Assembly (NCBI RefSeq): GCF_013315695.1 | Contig: NZ_CP054353.1 | Reading direction: 5' to 3' (one strand) | Source of the DNA: Escherichia coli | Lineage (GTDB): Bacteria > Pseudomonadota > Gammaproteobacteria > Enterobacterales > Enterobacteriaceae | DNA length: 64,000 nt | Part shown: in pieces, positions 8,495-15,687 of the stretch | Layout of the letters: each line of letters starts with the position of its first letter | Position numbering within the stretch: the stretch's first letter is position 1 | Position numbers and translations under genes: made by a program | Notes under the pieces: model-generated | Databases searched by the model: none | The model's input: the letters and a program-made list of their open reading frames with translations, nothing else | Told to the model about the DNA's origin: nothing

Positions 8495-9409
8495 TTATGC
8501 CTCCAGCCCGTTAATCTGTGGCGTCGGCTCAGTCAGCCATGAAGGCGCTGCATTGCCTGTTGGCTCGTCCGGCAGGTCAAATGTGGAGCGCAGGCTACGC
8601 GCTGTGCTTTCCAGTTGACAGACCAGGCCTGCCATGAAGTCTCTGGGGGTATCAATCATGTTTTCAGCACAATATGCGCACAGCGTCTCAAAAGCGCTGG
8701 ACAGTCGGACGGCGATAGCAGATTCCGCCTCAACCGCTAATGCTGTTACTTCCGCCCGCAGCTTCTTAACCTCCTCATCAGGCTCAGGCGGCTGAATACG
8801 GGATTTCTTCTCCAGTCTGGTGGAGAGTGAATCTATTTTTTCATTTTTGTCGGCGAGTACGCGCTGTTGTGCTGCGTTGGTTTCGCGCGCTTCGCGCAGG
8901 GCCTGACGCAATTCACGTACTGACATGCGATCAACGTCGTCAAGCGTCAGGCCGGCAACTGTGCCGCCGTCGGCCAATTCATCAAGTTCTTCATTATCCA
9001 GAACCATCAGGTCGTACAGTTTGGCTTTCCCCAAAACGCTCAACGTTGAGCGTTTTGTTGGCTCATCACCTTCTCCCAAAAACTTCATACTGGCTTGCAT
9101 CATGCGGCGAGCAACTTGTGGTGCAAGTCCGAGTTCATTTTCTAAAATGTTTGTAAAATCACCGTGTGGCTCATTTTCTTTTAAGATGATCAGCCGCTTA
9201 CCCGCTTCCAGCATAGATTCAGCACTCTGCGCCATATAAAAACGTGCTTCGTGAACAATGCGATCACGTTCATAAGGCAGTCCATCACCAAACTGCTGCA
9301 TAATTTCCATGCGATGCTGTGTCATAGCGTTCAAATTGACATTGATGTTATCTGACAGCGGAACCTCAACATTCAGTTCAGTGTTAACGGGTGATTTGGT
9401 GCGTCCCAT
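8495..9409 (-). CDS. Hypothetical protein with coiled-coil region, between ner-like gene and transposase
   Basis: 304 aa ORF; heptad-rich central region (..RELRQALREARETNAAQQRVLADKNEKIDSLSTRLEKK..). Not recognised. Confidence 0.45.
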   Translation of the reverse strand: MGRTKSPVNTELNVEVPLSDNINVNLNAMTQHRMEIMQQFGDGLPYERDRIVHEARFYMAQSAESMLEAGKRLIILKENEPHGDFTNILENELGLAPQVARRMMQASMKFLGEGDEPTKRSTLSVLGKAKLYDLMVLDNEELDELADGGTVAGLTLDDVDRMSVRELRQALREARETNAAQQRVLADKNEKIDSLSTRLEKKSRIQPPEPDEEVKKLRAEVTALAVEAESAIAVRLSSAFETLCAYCAENMIDTPRDFMAGLVCQLESTARSLRSTFDLPDEPTGNAAPSWLTEPTPQINGLEA

Positions 9410-9419
9410 TGATTACTCC

Positions 9420-9791
9420 TTACAAACGACTACCTGAAATAACTCGTTGGTTGATTTCGTTAATACGATCCTGTGCACGCGCCATCTCGTGACTGTGAGC
9501 CATGGCGATCTGTAGTAACTGGATTCCCGGTGCGAAACGTCCGTTCTCTAATTTCATGGCCAGTCCCTCTTCAATAAGGGTATTAAGTGCTCGATTGATA
9601 TTCGCCGGGGACTCCCCCAGGGCTGATGCCAGTTCACCGTTAGAAACACCGTTCAGAGCATGACCGCGTAGAGCTTTGAGTACACGTAGGATGCGGGTCC
9701 CAGAACTGGAAATATTTACTTTACTCATGTCACATTTCCATTTTTGCAATATGTGATAACCTGTTGCATATGTGGAAAATTTATGCCGCAT
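9420..9791 (-). CDS. Putative DNA-binding protein (HTH-like)
   Basis: 123 aa; segment LNGVSNGELASALGESPANINRALNTLIEEGL resembles a winged-helix/HTH element. Confidence 0.4.
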   Translation of the reverse strand: MRHKFSTYATGYHILQKWKCDMSKVNISSSGTRILRVLKALRGHALNGVSNGELASALGESPANINRALNTLIEEGLAMKLENGRFAPGIQLLQIAMAHSHEMARAQDRINEINQRVISGSRL

Positions 9792-9969
9792 TTGACGTGG
9801 GTTTTAATCCCAGTTTTACGGCAATTTCATGGGCTTTGCCGTAACGAGCTTTGGTCTGTCCATTGAGAACACGATAGACCTCATTGCGGCTGTAGCCGTG
9901 TTCTTCGGCCCAGCGGGTAAACGTGATACCACGCTGACGGAAGAGATTTTTAACTTGTTCGGAAGTCAT
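9781..9969 (-). CDS. ner: Ner/Nlp-family DNA-binding protein
   Basis: 62 aa; resembles Ner/Nlp family (..TFTRWAEEHGYSRNEVYRVLNG..KARYGKAHEIAVKLG); first gene of the leftward early operon, divergent from the repressor. Confidence 0.75.
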   Translation of the reverse strand: MTSEQVKNLFRQRGITFTRWAEEHGYSRNEVYRVLNGQTKARYGKAHEIAVKLGLKPTSNAA

Positions 9970-10018
9970 TGTTGTCTCCTTTGTTGATGCAATGATGTTT
10001 GTTTTATATGTGATAGAT

Positions 10019-10038
10019 TATGAGAACTATTGTTCTCA
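10019..10038. promoter_or_regulatory. Candidate operator: 8-bp inverted repeat ATGAGAAC-N4-GTTCTCAT between the ner-like and repressor genes
   Basis: Perfect inverted repeat read directly from the sequence in the divergent control region. Confidence 0.35.
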
Positions 10039-10481
10039 TTGTCAATGAGGTTTGTGTGAATTTTGATTCTCTTTGCGCGTCGCGGTTCAAAGCTGAGCGT
10101 TCGCGGTTATCACTCAAGCAGGCTGAAGTAGCAGCCCTTTGTGGCGTTTCAAGAGAAATGTGGGGGAAATATGAACGAGGGGTTGCTGTTCCCGGAGGTG
10201 AGTTACTTGCAGCCTTTGCAAGAATTGGGGCCAATGTACAGTTCATTCTTACCGGGGAGTCATCAGGTATAACTTTATCACGTGATGAAATGGAGTTACT
10301 GCAGCACTACCGGCAGGCACCATTACAGGTCAAAGGTTCAGTTTTGTCGGCCTTGACTACTGGCTCCTCCAGAGAACGGGCGGAACAGGTTATTCATGGA
10401 GATGTTCTGGGGAATGTTATCAAAGGTAACGTAACCATAGGAACAGGTGGAATAATGAACAAAAATACCAAGAGAAGATGA
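10020..10481 (+). CDS. Phage repressor (XRE-family HTH); start codon uncertain, possibly GTG at 10056
   Basis: 153 aa; HTH LSLKQAEVAALCGVSREMWGKYERG; divergent from the early operon as for a c-type repressor. Confidence 0.7.
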   Translation: MRTIVLIVNEVCVNFDSLCASRFKAERSRLSLKQAEVAALCGVSREMWGKYERGVAVPGGELLAAFARIGANVQFILTGESSGITLSRDEMELLQHYRQAPLQVKGSVLSALTTGSSRERAEQVIHGDVLGNVIKGNVTIGTGGIMNKNTKRR

Positions 10482-11464
10482 GTAAAGAGAAGCAAACAGT
10501 TAACGGGGATGTGGGTAACGTTGTCAGCGGTGATGTTACCATTCATAACTATTCTGCTGACATACTTCCTTCGGCCCAGCAACCAATTTCGTTGCTGCAA
10601 AAACGCGATTTACACAGATTGATGGATGAATTGGTTGATCTGGGGGAAAGTAAGCGCGAGCTATGGATGACGATCCACACGAAACTTAATACCAAAACAG
10701 TTAATGAAATGACTGCGGCTGATTATCATGGTGCGGTTGAGATCCTTCAGAGATATGCACAACAGATCCAGAATATGAAGGACTGTAATCTTCTGGTCAG
10801 CAAAATAATGGCGCTTACTGACCCTGGGTATCGTCTTGACCGTGACAGATACTGTCTGAAGCATTTCGGTACAACCCATCTTAAAGGCCTAGACAAAGAG
10901 CAGTTGCAGGCTGTGTTTGGTTATTTTGATGATCTGCTGAATATTCGTGATGAGAGTAAAACTCTATCACCTCCATCGGAAAGCGGTGCAAAATCAGTCG
11001 CAACTGTACCAACCAGAAGCCGGAAGCCTCATGTAGTAGTGTTGGGGGGAGTGTTAGTTCTTGTAGCAATATTTTTCGTGGGAATGATTGTGTTCGCTGG
11101 TAAATGGGGAAATGCCAAAGCAGTAGCTTCTACTGAAACCAGCGTTTTTAACATTAAAACCAACGATAAAATAATAGAAGATTCCATCCCCGCACTGCGC
11201 AGCATGTTTCCAGGGTTAAATAAGTACTCAGATGATTTCCATTCGGTTTCAAGCTACAAGCAAAAAACGGGCTGGCATACCCTTAAATTTACTGTATCAG
11301 CAAAGGCATCCGTCCCCGAAAATTATAGTGTTAAGGGCAAGGTTTGTTACATTAACATAAGCCCTGATGGTAGTTATGCTCGGGTTTTGACTGCTCCATG
11401 TCGTTCACTGCTACTTGATCAGCAAAGCACTCCTGACAGTAAATACCGTTTTATTCTTAAATAG
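10478..11464 (+). CDS. Hypothetical bitopic membrane protein, translationally coupled to the repressor
   Basis: 328 aa; ATG overlaps the repressor stop (ATGA at 10478..10481); single hydrophobic helix VVVLGGVLVLVAIFFVGMIVFAG around aa 186-208; no family recognised. Confidence 0.6.
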   Translation: MSKEKQTVNGDVGNVVSGDVTIHNYSADILPSAQQPISLLQKRDLHRLMDELVDLGESKRELWMTIHTKLNTKTVNEMTAADYHGAVEILQRYAQQIQNMKDCNLLVSKIMALTDPGYRLDRDRYCLKHFGTTHLKGLDKEQLQAVFGYFDDLLNIRDESKTLSPPSESGAKSVATVPTRSRKPHVVVLGGVLVLVAIFFVGMIVFAGKWGNAKAVASTETSVFNIKTNDKIIEDSIPALRSMFPGLNKYSDDFHSVSSYKQKTGWHTLKFTVSAKASVPENYSVKGKVCYINISPDGSYARVLTAPCRSLLLDQQSTPDSKYRFILK

Positions 11465-11545
11465 AAAATAACAGCTGAATTACCATGGGATCAGAAAAAA
11501 GACAAAGGCGGCATCATGCTGCGTTCTGAAATTTTAATGTAAAAG

Positions 11546-12136
11546 GTGATGAACATGGCAGGGATTCAGGTTATCGCAGGAAGTTTTCCTAAAGGGTGGG
11601 CAAGCATGGGGTTCGGTACCATCGTGTTTGCCAAAAAAACAAAACAAGGCTTTCCTGAAAATATTGTATTAAATCTGAAAGAAGAGCTTTTATCGATTGA
11701 ACTTGCGGATAGTGAAGAGGAAAGCCGTATAGGTAAGGCGGCAGGCGCAGGTTTGCTTGGTGGATTAATCTTTGGTGGTGCAGGGTTGGTCATTGGAGGT
11801 TTGCTTGGTGCGGCGGACAAGACGAAAAAAACTATCACTTTTAAGGCAATGTTTACGGGAAATAGGTTACTTCTGGCTAAAACAGATTCAAAAACTTTTG
11901 TAAAACTTCAGTCAATTGCTGCTGATAATGCCCATAACGCATCTGTAATCAACATGAAGCAAACTAATAGGGGCGATGTTTCTTCTCGTAAACAACTAAC
12001 AGAAAATCCACAGCAGCAAGACTTACCTGCGCCCGCTACAACAGTAAAAATGACTGCCAAAGATAAGTTAGAATCGGCTCTTGGGCTGGGAATCATCGTT
12101 ATAGCTGTTTGGGCAATAATACACTTCTTTTTTTAG
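11546..12136 (+). CDS. Hypothetical membrane protein with glycine-zipper segment and C-terminal hydrophobic anchor
   Basis: 196 aa; GAGLLGGLIFGGAGLVIGGLLGAA and C-terminal LGLGIIVIAVWAIIHFFF; possible RBS aaaggtga upstream. Confidence 0.5.
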   Translation: MMNMAGIQVIAGSFPKGWASMGFGTIVFAKKTKQGFPENIVLNLKEELLSIELADSEEESRIGKAAGAGLLGGLIFGGAGLVIGGLLGAADKTKKTITFKAMFTGNRLLLAKTDSKTFVKLQSIAADNAHNASVINMKQTNRGDVSSRKQLTENPQQQDLPAPATTVKMTAKDKLESALGLGIIVIAVWAIIHFFF

Positions 12137-12137
12137 T

Positions 12138-12160
12138 GCAGCCCTTCAGGGCTGTTTCTG
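12138..12160. terminator. Hairpin between convergent genes (possible bidirectional terminator)
   Basis: gcagccc-ttca-gggctg stem-loop followed by tttctgtt, between ORF 11546..12136 (+) and 12174..12650 (-). Confidence 0.4.
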
Positions 12161-12173
12161 TTCAGGAGGTATC

Positions 12174-12650
12174 TTAAGGATTATCCGGGGCGTTTTCCTG
12201 TTTGCCGTACTTCGGAGACGAACAACATTCTGTTGGCTGACCGGTGAGTTTACGTAACTCCTTCATGAGCAGCTCCTGATCGTAAACTGTCATCAGTGCC
12301 GCAATGGTGGCATGCAGTGCATCGGGCAGTATCCAGGGTTGCCGGCCCGTGGGGCATATAACATCCAGCAGCTCATTCGTCCGACAGATACGCTCCTCGC
12401 CGTATGACAACAGGCCCTGTCCCGTGTATTCCTCTAGCCTGATCACTGTGCCACCCCGTGGCTTCTGCCAGGTCGTCAGATCTTCGCCATTCATACGGCG
12501 CTCATTCTCCACGTCAGCAGCATCGACAATGACGCTGTTTCCGAGTTCCTGTTTCACCATCTCTTCTATCCGCGCCAGTACGTAACTTTTACCGCTGCCC
12601 ACAGGACCGGACACAGTGACAGTGATGACCGGATTCAGTGTGTGCGTCAT
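12174..12650 (-). CDS. Small P-loop NTPase / kinase-like protein
   Basis: 158 aa; Walker A GPVGSGKS at residues 15-22; convergent with the preceding membrane-protein gene. Confidence 0.55.
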   Translation of the reverse strand: MTHTLNPVITVTVSGPVGSGKSYVLARIEEMVKQELGNSVIVDAADVENERRMNGEDLTTWQKPRGGTVIRLEEYTGQGLLSYGEERICRTNELLDVICPTGRQPWILPDALHATIAALMTVYDQELLMKELRKLTGQPTECCSSPKYGKQENAPDNP

Positions 12651-12747
12651 ATCGTATTCTCCTCTGTGAATAATTCATCGTTTATCCTGCACATCCCGTA
12701 TCCCCGGCTCTCTTAACGCGCTTTAAAATCCTTCGCGCCCTGTATTT

Positions 12748-13131
12748 GTGATGCTGTCTCCACCAAACGAGGAGACACACATGAAAAACCTGAAAAAATT
12801 CATTCCCCCTGTTAAAAAACCTCGCCTCAGCGGCTGGCTGCTGACCTCAGTGCTGTTGCTGGGCACCATCGCTCTGGTCTCACCACAGCAGCTGCCTGTT
12901 GTGATCTACAAGCTGGCACTCATCACGCTGGCAGCAGTGCTGGGTTACTGGCTTGACCGTTCGCTCTTCCCCAAAGCCCGTCCCGGTCAGTACCTGAAAC
13001 ATGACGACAGGCTGATGGCTGAAGGGCGTTTCCCGGTACAGACCGGCCTTCACCTGGTGTTTTCTGCTGCGTTAATCCGCCGTGCACTGATTGTTGCAGC
13101 GGTCTGCCTGGCTGTTGCGATGGGGCTTTAA
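12748..13131 (+). CDS. Putative holin / small membrane protein upstream of the endolysin
   Basis: 127 aa with 2-3 hydrophobic helices (LLTSVLLLGTIALV, LALITLAAVLGYW, LIVAAVCLAVAMGL); position immediately before the endolysin gene. Confidence 0.45.
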   Translation: MMLSPPNEETHMKNLKKFIPPVKKPRLSGWLLTSVLLLGTIALVSPQQLPVVIYKLALITLAAVLGYWLDRSLFPKARPGQYLKHDDRLMAEGRFPVQTGLHLVFSAALIRRALIVAAVCLAVAMGL

Positions 13132-13133
13132 TC

Positions 13134-13874
13134 ATGAACTGGCCGCAGATCACCTGGATTGTATGCATGTCCCTGAAACTGGCTTTCGAAGCCTTTCGGG
13201 TCTTCATCAGAACCGAACGCCTGTCAGTCCGCGCCGGGACCTTTCTGGTTCATATGGCATGGGTATTCTTTGTCGCAATGTTGCTCTGGTGTGGCGGCTT
13301 TTTCAGCCAGGCATGCGCAGCACAACCTCCGCAGGCTGCGCTGCAGTATCGCGATGATGTGATCCGTAATGCCCGGCTTGAATGGGGACTGTCTGCGCCG
13401 GTGGCCGATTTCGCCGCGCAACTGCATCAGGAAAGCGGCTGGCGACCTGATGCGATCTCGCCGGCTGGCGCTCAGGGACTGGCGCAGTTCATGCCTGCCA
13501 CTGCCGACTGGATAAGCCAGTTGATACCGATGCTGAGCAGTCGTGAGCCGTTTAATCCGGCATGGGCTATCCGGGCGCTGGTCAGCTATGACCGCTGGCT
13601 GTGGCAGCGTGTCAGCGCCGCCAGTGACTGCGAGCGTATGGCCATGACACTGTCGGGCTATAACGGTGGTCTGGGCTGGGTACAACGGGACAGGCGGCTT
13701 GCATCACAGAAAGGTCTGGACAGCACCCGCTGGTTCGGACATGTCGCCACGGTGAATGCCGGACGCAATGCGGCCAGCTGGCGGGAGAACCGCCATTATC
13801 CGCAGCGCATCCTGCGCGAACTGGCACCGCGATATCTCACATGGGGAGGCAGCAGTTGTGTGGCATCTGGTTAA
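13134..13874 (+). CDS. Endolysin, lytic transglycosylase (SLT domain), possibly signal-anchored
   Basis: 246 aa; SLT-type motifs QLHQESGWRPDAIS, GAQGLAQFMPAT and SGYNGG; an N-terminal hydrophobic segment may mean a later start around 13254. Confidence 0.8.
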   Translation: MNWPQITWIVCMSLKLAFEAFRVFIRTERLSVRAGTFLVHMAWVFFVAMLLWCGGFFSQACAAQPPQAALQYRDDVIRNARLEWGLSAPVADFAAQLHQESGWRPDAISPAGAQGLAQFMPATADWISQLIPMLSSREPFNPAWAIRALVSYDRWLWQRVSAASDCERMAMTLSGYNGGLGWVQRDRRLASQKGLDSTRWFGHVATVNAGRNAASWRENRHYPQRILRELAPRYLTWGGSSCVASG

Positions 13875-14508
13875 AAAGCTGCCGTGGCGCGGCATTCTGC
13901 TGGCCATTCTTATCAATGCCTTTCTGGTCGGCCTGTATGCCATGGGATACAGAAGTGGTCATGACTCTGCAAAGCGTGACGGTGATACCGCGCTCAGTCA
14001 GTTGCAGTCAGCATTTGACGCGTACAAAACGGAGCAGGCAACGCTTGAGAATGCTGCGCTGCGGGCCTGGGCCAGACGGTATCAGGAGCAGGTGGCCGCC
14101 GGGCAGCGGGCTGAAGCCGGTTATCTTGAGCAGATTGCTCAACTGGAGAGCCGGAACAAACAACTACAGGGGCAAATTAACGATGTCACACAGCGCTGGA
14201 TTGATGAAAAAGGTAAGAGTCATCCCATTGAGTGCGTGTTTACTCGCGGTTTCGTGCGCCAGTACAACGCCGCACTCGGGTATGACAACGCATCTGTCGA
14301 CACCGGTCATTCAGACTCAGTTGCCGCCACTGGCACCCGCTCTGGCACAGCGACCGGGCAACCTGAAACCACTGACACCCGGTTACGCGATTCGGGTGTC
14401 TCCCAGCGTGACGTTCTCGCCAACATCATCGACAACGCAGGACAATGTCGTCGCTGGCGGAACCAGATAAACGCGTTACTGGATGAACGGGAAGGATTAC
14501 AGAAATGA
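13858..14508 (+). CDS. i-spanin (Rz-like), GTG start preceded by GGGGAGG
   Basis: N-terminal hydrophobic helix ILLAILINAFLVGLYAMGY followed by a coiled-coil-like periplasmic region; immediately after the endolysin. Confidence 0.6.
   Translation: MWHLVKKLPWRGILLAILINAFLVGLYAMGYRSGHDSAKRDGDTALSQLQSAFDAYKTEQATLENAALRAWARRYQEQVAAGQRAEAGYLEQIAQLESRNKQLQGQINDVTQRWIDEKGKSHPIECVFTRGFVRQYNAALGYDNASVDTGHSDSVAATGTRSGTATGQPETTDTRLRDSGVSQRDVLANIIDNAGQCRRWRNQINALLDEREGLQK
14204..14470 (+). CDS. o-spanin (Rz1-like lipoprotein) embedded in the +1 frame of the i-spanin gene
   Basis: MKKVRVIPLSACLLAVSC lipoprotein signal with lipobox Cys, followed by proline-rich PVIQTQLPPLAPALAQRPGNLKPLTP; entirely inside the i-spanin gene. 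Confidence 0.6.
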   Translation: MKKVRVIPLSACLLAVSCASTTPHSGMTTHLSTPVIQTQLPPLAPALAQRPGNLKPLTPGYAIRVSPSVTFSPTSSTTQDNVVAGGTR

Positions 14509-14831
14509 CACTGCAGGTTGAATTCTGGACGGTGGTGAGTTTTTTGCTCACCTTCATGGGGTTTGTGGGAGGGCTCGCCAAATGGTTGTTCAGTAAAACA
14601 GAAGAACGCCAGGCGGCACGATTCGCCTCTCTTGAACAGGCCCTGCAACAGTCCGCATCCAACTGGGGCGAGCTGGAAAAAGAATTTATGCGATTTAAAG
14701 CGGATTTACCGCTGAATTATGTCCGTCGCGAGGATTATATCCGTGGCCAGACAGTCATCGAGGCCAAACTGGACGCGCTTTATAACAAACTGGAAGTGGT
14801 ACAGCAGTACCGCAATACCGGAGGTCAATAA
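14505..14831 (+). CDS. Small membrane protein (Mu gp25-position)
   Basis: 108 aa; N-terminal hydrophobic helix VVSFLLTFMGFVGGLAKWLF; start overlaps the i-spanin stop. Confidence 0.45.
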   Translation: MTLQVEFWTVVSFLLTFMGFVGGLAKWLFSKTEERQAARFASLEQALQQSASNWGELEKEFMRFKADLPLNYVRREDYIRGQTVIEAKLDALYNKLEVVQQYRNTGGQ

Positions 14832-15142
14832 TGGTCGATATTACCCGGGTACGCCGCGAATCCCTGCGCTGGAGTCTGCTGGTTGCCCTGAACAAAACCC
14901 GCCCTTACACCGCCAGCGAAACGTTGCTGCTGGACGTGTCCCGCGCCATCTACCCGGACACCACGCAACTGGAGCTGCGCCGGGAGCTTGATTATCTGGC
15001 AGATCGCAAAATGGTGGAGCTGGAGAAGAGACCGTCCGGTGACTGGTTTGCCGATCTGAGTCGCCTTGGTGTGGATATTGTGGAATACACCGTGGAATGC
15101 GGCCCGGGTATTGCCCGACCGGAAAAATACTGGAGTGAGTGA
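14831..15142 (+). CDS. Hypothetical protein (Mu gp26-position)
   Basis: 103 aa ORF, translationally coupled to neighbours. Confidence 0.45.
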   Translation: MVDITRVRRESLRWSLLVALNKTRPYTASETLLLDVSRAIYPDTTQLELRRELDYLADRKMVELEKRPSGDWFADLSRLGVDIVEYTVECGPGIARPEKYWSE

Positions 15143-15687
15143 TTATGGGACGTCGCAGCAGCATTGATTCTCTGCCGACGGATGTCCGCCGCTGGCTGGA
15201 GCGGGCGCTGACGGAGAATAATTTCACCGGCTATGCTGAACTTGAAAGTTTGTTAAAAGAGAGGGGATATGTGATAACCCGCTCCTCCCTGCAGCGGTTC
15301 GGCTACAAAATGGAGCAGCAACTGGCCCGTGTTCGTGCGGCAACTGAAGCAGCCAGGCTGATGGCTCGTGAAGCGGGGGATGATGCGGATGACCGTTCTG
15401 CGGGACTGATGACGTTGATCCAGACGGAGATGATCGACATCCTGATGCGTCTGCAACAAGTCAGTGACGAGAATGATCCGACTGATCGGGCGAAATTGCT
15501 GGCCACCGCTTCCCGCAATATTGCGACCCTGACCCGCGCCTCTGTCAATCTCAAGCGTTTTCAGAGTGAGGTCAAGGAAAAAGCAGAACTTGCAGCGAAT
15601 GCGGCCGAGAAAATTGCCCGTAAGGGCGGATTGTCAAGCGACGCAGTACAGGCACTTCGTCGCGAGATTCTGGGGATTGCCACATGA
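15139..15687 (+). CDS. Terminase small subunit-like protein (Mu gp27-position)
   Basis: 182 aa immediately upstream of and overlapping the large terminase gene. Confidence 0.6.
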   Translation: MIMGRRSSIDSLPTDVRRWLERALTENNFTGYAELESLLKERGYVITRSSLQRFGYKMEQQLARVRAATEAARLMAREAGDDADDRSAGLMTLIQTEMIDILMRLQQVSDENDPTDRAKLLATASRNIATLTRASVNLKRFQSEVKEKAELAANAAEKIARKGGLSSDAVQALRREILGIAT

